Shown here piece by piece: positions 16,546 to 24,649 of a stretch of DNA of 64,000 nucleotides (the first letter of the stretch is position 1; each line of letters starts with the position of its first letter). The notes below the pieces were generated by a model. The model saw only the letters and a program-made list of their open reading frames with translations, was not told where the DNA came from and ran no database searches. The position numbers were made by a program, and so were the translations under genes. Source of the DNA: Chloroflexota bacterium (lineage in GTDB: Bacteria > Chloroflexota > Limnocylindria > Limnocylindrales > CSP1-4); assembly GCA_016781485.1 (NCBI GenBank), contig JADDQH010000003.1:5384-69383 (forward strand), in the 5' to 3' direction.

Positions 16546-17720
16546 GTCGCGACGTTTGCCGTGACGCGCTCGCGCGTCCTGTCCGCGACGAGGGCCACGT
16601 GGCTCGCGCCCACCGTCGCACTGCGCCCCACGTTGTAGACGTGACGTGCGCGCGCCTCTCGCAGCAGCGGCCGGAACCCTTCGCGCCTCGCGGAGAGATC
16701 GTCGATGCGGTCGAGGACAGCACGGAGGTCACCGGGGTCGACGATGCCGCCGAGCTCCTCGCGCACCGACTCTTCGAGCGGCACGAGTCCCACCCGTTCG
16801 TACTCGGGATTGTTGATCTTCTTCGGCGTGTCGACGAAGAGGACCGGACGCTCCAGGCCGAACGCGTACTCCAGGGCAGCTCCCGACCAGTCGCTGATCA
16901 TCAGGTCCGACTCGTGCAGCGACTGTTGTGCGTTCATGTCGGTCTCGACCCGGAATGACCGGTCGCCGAACCGCTGGGCCAGGGTCGTGGCGAGCTTCGG
17001 GAAGCGCCGCACGGTCATCGGGTGAAGGCGCAACACCACGGAGTGACCGGCGTCGACGAGTAGCTGCACGAGCTCCTGTCCGTACGGCGCCTCGATGAAA
17101 GAGCACGCTCCCCAGGACGGGGCGAGCACGATCCTGGTCATTCCGTCTTGTGCCGCCGCCCAGGGATGCTCGGCGCTCGTCCGGAGGATCGCGTCGAGAC
17201 GCCCGTAGCCGTGCTCCACGAGCTCCTTCGGCGGCAGCCCGTACGACTCCTCGGTGCGGCGGATCTCAGCGACGTGATGCGGTCCCACGCAGAAGACCGT
17301 GTCGTAGGCGTCGAACGCGCCCTTGCGATAGATCATGTGGGTGCTCACCATCGAATGGAACACGTAAACGTAGTGCACCGGGTGCACCGAGCGCTTCAGG
17401 TGGAACGACTCCAGGTCGGGAAGTGTCATCACGACGACATCGGCGTCCACGACCTTGAAGAACGCCGTCCGCGCCGCCCCCGCGCCGATGAAGAACGTGC
17501 GGATCCGAGGATCGTCGAGCGAGAGCACGGGATCGGTGGCGTCGGAGGTGACGTAGCAGATGCTGCGGCCCAACGAAGCCGTCAATTCGTTCACGATCGG
17601 CCCCAGGTGCGGCCAGTCGGCTCGTCCTTCCGCGTAGAAGACTATACCGCGGTCCTCCCGCGGAAGGCGATCGAAGGTCCGCATCGAGGACCACGCCGCG
17701 AAGGCATCCTTCAGCGACAC
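16542..17720 (-). CDS. TagF/TagB-like CDP-alcohol phosphotransferase (Glyphos_transf family), first gene of the phosphonate operon
   Basis: C-terminal region [27 protein letters not shown] resembles the TagF catalytic motif (xTDYSSxxFDYxxLxRPxxFY). ATGA overlap with pepM. Confidence 0.65.
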   Translation of the reverse strand: MSLKDAFAAWSSMRTFDRLPREDRGIVFYAEGRADWPHLGPIVNELTASLGRSICYVTSDATDPVLSLDDPRIRTFFIGAGAARTAFFKVVDADVVVMTLPDLESFHLKRSVHPVHYVYVFHSMVSTHMIYRKGAFDAYDTVFCVGPHHVAEIRRTEESYGLPPKELVEHGYGRLDAILRTSAEHPWAAAQDGMTRIVLAPSWGACSFIEAPYGQELVQLLVDAGHSVVLRLHPMTVRRFPKLATTLAQRFGDRSFRVETDMNAQQSLHESDLMISDWSGAALEYAFGLERPVLFVDTPKKINNPEYERVGLVPLEESVREELGGIVDPGDLRAVLDRIDDLSARREGFRPLLREARARHVYNVGRSATVGASHVALVADRTRERVTANVAT

Positions 17721-18028
17721 GGGGTCACCGGCGAGCCTTGGGTACCGACTTGTCGCCGGTCGTCGCCCGGTCGCTGACCCCTCTGCATCCCTCCGGGCGA
17801 CGTCCGGACGTCAGCCGTCCGGCGTCCGGGTCGACGGGGCTCGAGCTCGTCACCGGCGCGTTGCTCGTCTCCGGGGCCGTCACCGCCGATGCGATGGCGA
17901 CCCTGCTCCACCGCGTTCCGCAAGAAGAACGAGGTCGCGCCGGCTGGGGTGGATCTGGAGGAGCACGATGCCCGTGCCGGCATCGACGAACGCAAACGGC
18001 ATGTGGGAAGCCTCCCGGTTTCGGTAAG

Positions 18029-18108
18029 CCACTCGCCCGCCTGGGGGGCGAGGCAGGGTGCCGAGTGGGAGCGGCGATTGTCGCGGAATCCGGACCCTTT
18101 GACAATCG
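18029..18108. promoter_or_regulatory. GC-rich hairpin (CCACTCG...CGAGTGG) followed by a perfect 8-bp inverted repeat CGATTGTC-N18-GACAATCG, in the 490-bp gap between arsR and the phosphonate operon
   Basis: Seen directly; no convincing ORF in the gap; function unknown. Confidence 0.3.
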
Positions 18109-18208
18109 TAGCTGGACCAGGAACGTCGCCCACTACACCGTCGGACTCGGCTCGGCGGCCCATGAATGGCTGGCGCCGCTCACGCTCGCCCACTGCCGAA
18201 CGAAGGCG

Positions 18209-18553
18209 TTACCGCGGCTGGATCACGTCGAGTGGCTGCCGGCCACTGCGCAGCGCGCCGGCGGGGCGCGACTGCGTCGGCTCGATCTCCCCTGCGAGCC
18301 GGCGGAACCGCCCGACGGCTTCCGGCCGCAACGAGTACCAGATCCAGGTGCCGCGGCGCTCGCCGGCGACCCAGCCGGCGTCGCGCAGGACCTTCAGATG
18401 GTGCGAGACCGTGGGCTGGCTTACCTCGCAGCACGCGGTGAAGTCACAGGCGCAGATCTCGCCCTCCGCCGACAGCTGGCGGAGGATGGCGAGCCGTGTC
18501 GGGTCTGCGGCCGCCTGGAGGAGAACGACATCGGGGTCCGTCTGACGCTTCAT
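18209..18553 (-). CDS. arsR: ArsR/SmtB-family metalloregulator
   Basis: HTH region LAILRQL...CACDF...[18 protein letters not shown] with metal-binding Cys (ICACDF); start trimmed to the ATG matching the ~115-aa family length. Confidence 0.8.
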   Translation of the reverse strand: MKRQTDPDVVLLQAAADPTRLAILRQLSAEGEICACDFTACCEVSQPTVSHHLKVLRDAGWVAGERRGTWIWYSLRPEAVGRFRRLAGEIEPTQSRPAGALRSGRQPLDVIQPR

Positions 18554-18621
18554 GCTTGACGAGGATATCGATGCTCGCCTATATTGACAACCGTCGATAC
18601 ATCGTAAGGAGGAGACCACTC

Positions 18622-18792
18622 GTGAACCAGGCCACCGAACTCGTCCGATCGGTGCAAAGGGAGCGTCTTCGCGAGGCCGAGCGTGGCCGTTTGGCCCGCC
18701 TTGCTGGCTTGGCGCGCGCCTGTTGCGCGGCCGCGTCCACGAAGATGTTGCGGCTGGGCCGCACGCGTCGACCCGCGTCCGCGTGCTGCTGA
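18622..18792 (+). CDS. Small (56 aa) Cys-pair-containing ORF upstream of arsM
   Basis: Strong RBS AAGGAGGAG 7 nt before the GTG; encodes [56 protein letters not shown] with two vicinal Cys pairs; the stop lies 10 nt before the arsM ATG. Confidence 0.3.
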   Translation: MNQATELVRSVQRERLREAERGRLARLAGLARACCAAASTKMLRLGRTRRPASACC

Positions 18793-18802
18793 GGCGACCG
18801 CG

Positions 18803-19618
18803 ATGATCGACGAGGTCCACGAAACCGTCCGCGACCGGTACGCGCAGGCCGCGCTCTCGGTGATGGCGACGGGCGCGAGCTGTTGCGGTGACGAGCCGGG
18901 GAGCGGGGGCGAGCTGTACGACGCGCTTACCCGCGACGAGTTGCCGGAGGCGGCCGTCCTCGCGTCACTCGGCTGCGGCAACCCCATCGCCGTGGCCGAT
19001 CTGCGAGAAGGCGAGCGCGTTCTCGACCTGGGTTCCGGCGGCGGGATAGACGTGTTGCTCTCGGCCAAGCGCGTGGGACCGACCGGGCGCGCGATCGGGC
19101 TCGACATGACCGACGAGATGCTCGCGCTGGCTCAGAAGAACGCCGCGGACGCGGGTGCGACGAACGTCGAGTTCCTGAAGGGCCACATCGAGGCCATCCC
19201 CTTGCCTGCCGACTCCGTTGATGTCGTGATCAGCAACTGCGTCGTCAACCTCGCTGCAGACAAGCCCGCGGTCTTCCGCGAGATCGCTCGCGTGCTCAGG
19301 GCCGGTGGACGCGTCGGCATCAGCGACATCGTGGCGGACGACGCGCTCACCCCTGGGCAGCGTGCCGAGCGGGGCTCGTATGTCGGTTGTATCGCCGGCG
19401 CATTGTCGGTATCGGAGTTCGAGGCCGGGCTCCGCGAGGTCGGGCTGACCGGGGTTTCCGTGACACCGACGCATGCTGTGGCGGAAGGCCTGTCCAGTGC
19501 GATCATCAAGGCGACCAAGCCCGGAGGCGCTGCGGGAGCCCCCGCGCCGGCGGTGAAACCGGGCGCGGTCTCCGCCTCGAGTGGCTGCTGCGGTGGCGGA
19601 GGCTGCTGCTGCTGCTAG
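18803..19618 (+). CDS. arsM: Arsenite S-adenosylmethionine methyltransferase with a Cys/Gly-rich C-terminal tail
   Basis: SAM-methyltransferase motif VLDLGSGGG plus conserved ArsM cysteines ([25 protein letters not shown]); C-terminus [13 protein letters not shown]. Confidence 0.8.
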   Translation: MIDEVHETVRDRYAQAALSVMATGASCCGDEPGSGGELYDALTRDELPEAAVLASLGCGNPIAVADLREGERVLDLGSGGGIDVLLSAKRVGPTGRAIGLDMTDEMLALAQKNAADAGATNVEFLKGHIEAIPLPADSVDVVISNCVVNLAADKPAVFREIARVLRAGGRVGISDIVADDALTPGQRAERGSYVGCIAGALSVSEFEAGLREVGLTGVSVTPTHAVAEGLSSAIIKATKPGGAAGAPAPAVKPGAVSASSGCCGGGGCCCC

Positions 19619-19673
19619 CATCGACCGCTGCCAAGTGTCAGAAGCGGGCGACACGAACGTCTAGAGTGCACTG

Positions 19674-20606
19674 ATGGCGTTCGACCCCCGCCGATCGATG
19701 AAGGTCGGCGTCATCCTCCCGTTCTCGCAACGCGAGATGGGCGGAGAGACGCCACGCTGGAACGACCTCGTGGCGATGGCTCGGACGGCGGAGGCCATCG
19801 GCCTCGACTCGATCTGGATCTCGGACCACCTCCTGTTCCGATTCGAGGGGCAGGAACCGCGTGGCCCGTGGGAGTGCTGGTCGCTCGTCAGCGCGCTGGC
19901 GGTCGCGACCGAGCGGGTCGAGATCGGGACATATGTGAACTGCACGAGCTTCCGCAACCCGACGGTGTTCGCGAAGATGATCGACACGGTCGAGGAGATC
20001 AGCGGCGGGCGGCTGATCATCGGGCTCGGTGCCGGCTGGCACGAGCCGGAATACCAGGCGTTTGGCTTCCCGTTCGACCACCGGGTCAGCCGGTTCGAGG
20101 AAGCGATCGAGATCATCACCCGCCTGTTGCGCGAAGGGCACGTCGACTTCCAGGGGCGGTACTACCAGGCACGCGACTGCGAGCTACGCCCTCGCGGACC
20201 CCGCCCTGCCGGGCCACCGATCATGGTCGGCTCGACGCGCCCCCGGATGCTCCGGCTCGCCGCGCGGTACGCAGATGCGTGGAACGGCTTCGCAAAGCGG
20301 ATCGACGTCCTACCGTCACTGAACACGTCCGTCGACGAGGCATGCCGGGACGTTGGACGCGATCCCGCCACGCTCGCGCGAACCGCGGAGACCCACGTCC
20401 GCTTCCCGCACCTTGCCCCGGAGGGCGACGAAGCGGATCTCATGGGCGAGCCGGAAGAGCTGGCCGAGGTGCTGGCGCCGTATGCCGGGCACCGACTTGC
20501 CCATCTCCAGCTCCGGATCCGGCCGGACACCGTCGCATCGATCGAAGCGTTCGCGCCCGCGCTCGAGGCGCTCGATCGCCGGCTGGGTCATCGCGCCGGC
20601 GGGTGA
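19674..20606 (+). CDS. Luciferase-like monooxygenase (LLM) family oxidoreductase, probably F420-dependent
   Basis: LLM TIM-barrel signatures (MKVGVILPF...DSIWISDHL...GRLIIGLGAGW); F420 biosynthesis gene fbiC lies nearby. Confidence 0.6.
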   Translation: MAFDPRRSMKVGVILPFSQREMGGETPRWNDLVAMARTAEAIGLDSIWISDHLLFRFEGQEPRGPWECWSLVSALAVATERVEIGTYVNCTSFRNPTVFAKMIDTVEEISGGRLIIGLGAGWHEPEYQAFGFPFDHRVSRFEEAIEIITRLLREGHVDFQGRYYQARDCELRPRGPRPAGPPIMVGSTRPRMLRLAARYADAWNGFAKRIDVLPSLNTSVDEACRDVGRDPATLARTAETHVRFPHLAPEGDEADLMGEPEELAEVLAPYAGHRLAHLQLRIRPDTVASIEAFAPALEALDRRLGHRAGG

Positions 20607-20674
20607 CGAACGTGGGAGAGCAACCCGGCGGCTAAAGTCCGTCGAAGGTCGCGAACGACGGGCGACGACCGACG

Positions 20675-21922
20675 TCAGCGACCCGTGGCCGCACCGAGGA
20701 CGAGTCGGGCGCGCCGGACCGCACGCGACTCGCGGAGCGAGGCGTGAGCGCCGAGCCGGATCGGCGCGCCGGCGTTGTCGAGGTACAGCAGGACCCCTCC
20801 GGTCGTCGCGATCGCGCACAGGCCGAGGGCGGTCGTCAGGTCGACGAACCCTGTTTGGACCAGACCGGCGCCGAGGAACGGAGCGACCATCCCGCGCAGA
20901 CCGGTCGCCGCACTCCACCCTGCGACCGCGGCGCCACGGGATTCGAGCGGCGTGTTGTCGCTGATCACTGCCGAGATGCCGACATCGATCCCTGCGCTGG
21001 CCGCTCCCGCCGCGATCGCGGCGACCCAGAGGGTATGGAGGTCGCCCGCGATCGTGTACCCGAGCAACGATCCGAGCCCCAGCGCGCTTCCGCCGGCGAG
21101 GACCGCGCGAGGTCCTATCCTGTCGCTGACGACGCCCCAGGCGACGAACGAGACGGTGGTCGCGACCGAGATCAACGTGGCGACGACGGCCACATCGGCC
21201 AGCGACAGCGAGAGCCGGTCCACGTAGACGAGCGGATACAGAGGGACCGCCGCGATCATCCCGCCCCCGTAGAGCGCCTGCGCCAGAACGGCGCGGCGCA
21301 GCACGGGGCGCTCCGTGAGGGCACGGATCGATCCCCTCGCAGAGAACGCCGGCGCGTCACTGAGTCGAGCCCGCAGCCCGGCGTAGGCAGCTGCAGCAAG
21401 CATCCCGACGATCCCGGCCGCGGCGATGACGGGCAGGTCACCGGTCACGGCAGCAGCAACCCCGACCAGCAGCGTCGCGGCGACCGCCGCGCCGGCTCGG
21501 CCCGCGCCCAGCACGCCGAGCACGCGACCGCGCAGCCGGTCCGGGTACATCGCGCCCCAGAGACGCAGCTGGACGGGCGTCCCGAACGCGATCCCGACCC
21601 AGAATGCGAAGGCTGCGGCGACCATCACCGCGGGGATCGGCACGATCAGCACGGCCACGAGCGCGCCGGCGCCGAGTGCGCGGAGCAGCGCAAGCTGCCG
21701 TGGCGTCCGCGGGCCGATCCCGCCGGAGAACGCACCGAGGACGTTGGCGACGAACGGCGCTGAGGCAAGTGCAGCGAGTCCGGCAGGTTCGATCCCCGCA
21801 CGCCTCGCGACCGTGGGAAGGAGTGTCGAGACGACGACGACCGTGACGCCGACCCCCAGCGCGGCGAGCAGGTCGAGGGAAAGATTGCGCCGCATCCCGG
21901 CGGCGGGGATCTCGTGAGACAT
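20675..21922 (-). CDS. MFS transporter
   Basis: 12 predicted TM helices, Ala/Gly/Leu-rich; typical MFS loop 2-3 motif region. Confidence 0.7.
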   Translation of the reverse strand: MSHEIPAAGMRRNLSLDLLAALGVGVTVVVVSTLLPTVARRAGIEPAGLAALASAPFVANVLGAFSGGIGPRTPRQLALLRALGAGALVAVLIVPIPAVMVAAAFAFWVGIAFGTPVQLRLWGAMYPDRLRGRVLGVLGAGRAGAAVAATLLVGVAAAVTGDLPVIAAAGIVGMLAAAAYAGLRARLSDAPAFSARGSIRALTERPVLRRAVLAQALYGGGMIAAVPLYPLVYVDRLSLSLADVAVVATLISVATTVSFVAWGVVSDRIGPRAVLAGGSALGLGSLLGYTIAGDLHTLWVAAIAAGAASAGIDVGISAVISDNTPLESRGAAVAGWSAATGLRGMVAPFLGAGLVQTGFVDLTTALGLCAIATTGGVLLYLDNAGAPIRLGAHASLRESRAVRRARLVLGAATGR

Positions 21923-22112
21923 GACAGGACCTCGAGTGGGCAGTGGGCCTGCGAGGTCAGCTGTCGGGCTCGGCGGCGTGCGCCTTCGCGGTCCATCCGC
22001 GATTCGCCCCGGTGGGTGGTGGTTCCCCCGTCCTCTTGCGAGATTCGGCCAGGGACAAGGCTACACCGCATCGGCTTCGAAGGCCGGTGGCGCTCCCGGC
22101 TATCGTAGCCTT

Positions 22113-22880
22113 GTGGTCTCCCCGAGCAGCTCGGTCTTGGAGCAGCGAGAGTTCGACGTCCGCTTCGAATGGGGGCAAGAGGGGGCTCGACTCCTGGGGC
22201 CCGTGTCGGACATCGTCATCATCGTCGACGTCCTCCGGTTCACGACTGCCGTATCCGTCGCCGTCGATCGCGGCGCCGCGGTCTTCCCGTACCCGTGGGA
22301 CGACCCTTCCGCGGACGCGTTCGCGAAGGACCACGGGGCGATCCTCGCTACGAGAGGCGCCGGGCGCCTCTCGCTCTCTCCCACCTCGCTGCTGCACCTC
22401 TCGGAGGGTGAAAGACTCGTGCTTCCGTCACCGAACGGATCGACGTGTGCCGTGGTCGCTGCGGAAGCCGGATCCGCCGTCGTCGCCGGCTCCCTTCGAA
22501 ACGCCTCAGCTGTCGCCCGTTTCGCGCGCGCCCCGGGTCGGACCGTCGCCGTGATCGCCGCCGGCGAGCTCTGGCCGGGCGGTCAGCTGAGGCCGGCGAT
22601 CGAGGATCTGGTCGGCGCGGGCGCCATCCTGGCGGGGATGAGGCTCGGATCCCTGTCGCCCGAAGCTCGCGTCGCCGTAGCCGCATTCGGCGCGGTCTCG
22701 CGCGACCTACTGGCGACGATCAGCAAGTGCTCGTCCGGCAGGGAGCTCGCCGCGAAGGGCTGGGAGGAAGATCTGGCGCTCGCGAGCGAGCTCGACGCGA
22801 GCGACGAGGTACCCATCCTGTCGGGCGGCGCATTCGTTGCGCTCGCGGGAACGCATGGCACGGAGAGGCGCGGCAGCTAG
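22113..22880 (+). CDS. ComB-family (2-phosphosulfolactate phosphatase-like) protein
   Basis: EFDVRFEWGQEG...DIVIIVDVLRFTTAVSVAVDRGA matches the ComB family N-terminal core. The ORF track extends to 21921 and overlaps the MFS gene; the real start is uncertain (GTG 22113 or TTG 22137). Confidence 0.55.
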   Translation: MVSPSSSVLEQREFDVRFEWGQEGARLLGPVSDIVIIVDVLRFTTAVSVAVDRGAAVFPYPWDDPSADAFAKDHGAILATRGAGRLSLSPTSLLHLSEGERLVLPSPNGSTCAVVAAEAGSAVVAGSLRNASAVARFARAPGRTVAVIAAGELWPGGQLRPAIEDLVGAGAILAGMRLGSLSPEARVAVAAFGAVSRDLLATISKCSSGRELAAKGWEEDLALASELDASDEVPILSGGAFVALAGTHGTERRGS

Positions 22881-23251
22881 TCCTTCTCGCCGACGAACGC
22901 GTCCCAGTCGAGTTCCGACACGTGCTGCCACTCGCGCCAGTGGACGACCGTGTCGCCGCTGACGCGCGCGATCACCGAGCCGTGGTATCGATGGTGACCC
23001 TCGTAGGTGTACTCGGCCACGCCCGTCTGCTCGACCTCGTCGAACAGGATCCGGTGCCAGACGACCGAGTGCGTCCCACCCGGTGGCGGTTCGAAGAACG
23101 GGAGGAGCTCGTCGCGGGTGCTGAACCTCTACCGCGTGGGGTCCGAATAGCCGACTCGTTCCGCGAAGTGCTCAGCGACCGCTCGCGCGTCGCCGACGTT
23201 CCAGCCGTCCGCCATCGATTCCAGGAGACGGCGGAAAGCCTCGCGATCCAT
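22877..23251 (-). pseudogene. SnoaL-like / NTF2-like fold protein interrupted by an in-frame TAG
   Basis: MDREAFRRLLESMADGWNVGDARAVAEHFAERVGYSDPTR-(TAG at 23129-23131)-RFSTRDELLPFFEPPPGGTHSVVWHRILFDEVEQTGVAEYTYEGHHRYHGSVIARVSGDTVVHWREWQHVSELDWDAFVGEKD. Both halves are in the same frame and together make a typical ~125-aa SnoaL-like protein. Confidence 0.5.
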
Positions 23252-23256
23252 CGAGG

Positions 23257-23766
23257 TCAGCGCGCGGCTGACGTCGCGGTCTCCCCCGTCCGGAGCCGGT
23301 CGCGCATCACGTCGATCTGCGCCGAGTGCTCGCGCTTGTGGCCGTACGAGGTATACACGAGGTAGTCGTCGAGGGCGTACTGCGGCCCGTACCACGGCAA
23401 CGTGCCCACCTCGCGGCGTTTCTCCTCGGGGATCCGCTCGAGTATCCGCTCGCTCTGCTCGTACGCCTCCCTGTACTCGCCGACGATCTCCTCCGGCGAT
23501 CGTTGCGCGCGATCGGCGACCTGGCGCTCGTTGAACCCGTGGCCGCCGAGTTCCATGATCTGCGTCGCGTACGGCCCCAGCCCCTCCCCCAGGAACGACC
23601 CCAGCACCTCGCCGATCAATCGCTCGTACGACGTCAGGTGGCTCAGGATGTCCTTGATCGACCACGTTCCGACGGCGCCGGGAACCTCCCATTCCCATGG
23701 CTCGACGCCCTCGATCGAGCGCAGCAGCGTCTGGTTCCCGTATCTCACGATGTCCGTTGCGTTCAT
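23257..23766 (-). CDS. DinB/ClbS(DfsB)-family four-helix-bundle protein
   Basis: WSIKDILSHLTSYERL...YTSYGHKREHSAQI pattern of the ClbS/DfsB DUF1706-type family. Confidence 0.55.
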   Translation of the reverse strand: MNATDIVRYGNQTLLRSIEGVEPWEWEVPGAVGTWSIKDILSHLTSYERLIGEVLGSFLGEGLGPYATQIMELGGHGFNERQVADRAQRSPEEIVGEYREAYEQSERILERIPEEKRREVGTLPWYGPQYALDDYLVYTSYGHKREHSAQIDVMRDRLRTGETATSAAR

Positions 23767-24512
23767 CGTTCCTCAGTCGTCCTCCAGCGGTGGGGTACGG
23801 ATGCGCCGAGCTTCGCTTCGGCGGTCCGCCACGGCCGCTCATTGAACAGCTCGGTCAGCCAGCGCCCGAACGGCCCGGGCGGCTCCTCGTCAGGGTAGTC
23901 CCGGACGAGGGCCTCCAGCTGCGCCTGGATGTCGCGTGTCAGGCGCCCGACGTGTTGCCGGGTCGCCCGAGCGCCGCCCGTCGGGATCGCCGTCCCCACG
24001 CGGAGCCGGATCGGCTTCCCGAAGCGCAGCCACCTCGTTCCGTTGATCGCGACGGGCACGATCGGGACGCCCGCGCGCAGCGCGAAGTAGGCGGGCCCGG
24101 CGTGGAGCGGCATGACCTCACGTTCGGACTCGCTCAGCCGGCCCTCCCCGGCGATCGCGAGGACATTCCCGCCGGTCAGCACCAGGACGGCTCTCCGCGT
24201 CGTTTCCACCAGATCGTTCTTTCCGGGCTTCACCGGGACGGGCATCCCCGTCCAGCTCATCAGCCGGTTCTTGACGCCGACCTTCATGTCCTCTTCCGCG
24301 GGGCCGAAGATGAACAGCCGCTGATCGCGGGGCCAGAGCGCGACGAGGACGAACGGGTCGAGCCAGTTCAGGTGGTTGAAGCAGACCAGGTAGGGAGGGG
24401 CGGGCAGCCGCTCGAGACCCTCGGCTCGGAGCCGGAAGTAGGTCGGGAGCAGCAGGCCGAGCGCGGCACACGTGAACCGGTACCGAGGCTCGGCGGCCAA
24501 CGCCCCGCTCAC
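23763..24512 (-). CDS. 1-acyl-sn-glycerol-3-phosphate acyltransferase (PlsC family)
   Basis: HxxxxD acyltransferase motif FNHLNWLD and the PVVPVAI region; ATGA-type overlap with the downstream gene. Confidence 0.75.
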   Translation of the reverse strand: MSGALAAEPRYRFTCAALGLLLPTYFRLRAEGLERLPAPPYLVCFNHLNWLDPFVLVALWPRDQRLFIFGPAEEDMKVGVKNRLMSWTGMPVPVKPGKNDLVETTRRAVLVLTGGNVLAIAGEGRLSESEREVMPLHAGPAYFALRAGVPIVPVAINGTRWLRFGKPIRLRVGTAIPTGGARATRQHVGRLTRDIQAQLEALVRDYPDEEPPGPFGRWLTELFNERPWRTAEAKLGASVPHRWRTTEER

Positions 24513-24649
24513 GCCGCACCCTTCGGGCTCGCCATGCGCTCAGTTTGGGGGATGGAGAGGGTGTGCGAGGAAGGACCGCCTCTTTCGTCTCGACCCGCCG
24601 CCGACGGCTCCGCGCCGCTCTCCACACGTCCCTCGCGTACGATGGCCGG

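Noticed and set aside
17990-18080. Possible cobalamin riboswitch upstream of the phosphonate operon (GGGAAGCC and GCCACTC resemble B12-box fragments)
   Set aside because: The match is only to isolated short words on the wrong strand for the operon; the B12 box is GCCACTG, not GCCACTC; no convincing multi-stem architecture by eye
17711-18559. ORFs 17711..18193(-), 17725..18105(-), 17738..18559(+), 17889..18545(+) in the arsR / phosphonate-operon gap
   Set aside because: Arg/Pro/Ser-rich, mutually overlapping, no RBS or family resemblance; the region is treated as non-coding regulatory DNA instead
18579-18764. Minus-strand 61-aa ORF in the arsR-arsM intergenic region
   Set aside because: Overlaps the better-supported plus-strand small ORF (which has a strong RBS) and the arsR promoter/operator; no RBS
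21921-22112. Upstream 64 codons of the ComB-like ORF overlapping the MFS transporter start
   Set aside because: Gly/Pro/Arg-rich, overlaps the divergent MFS gene, and the conserved ComB N-terminus (EFDVRFEW) only begins around 22150
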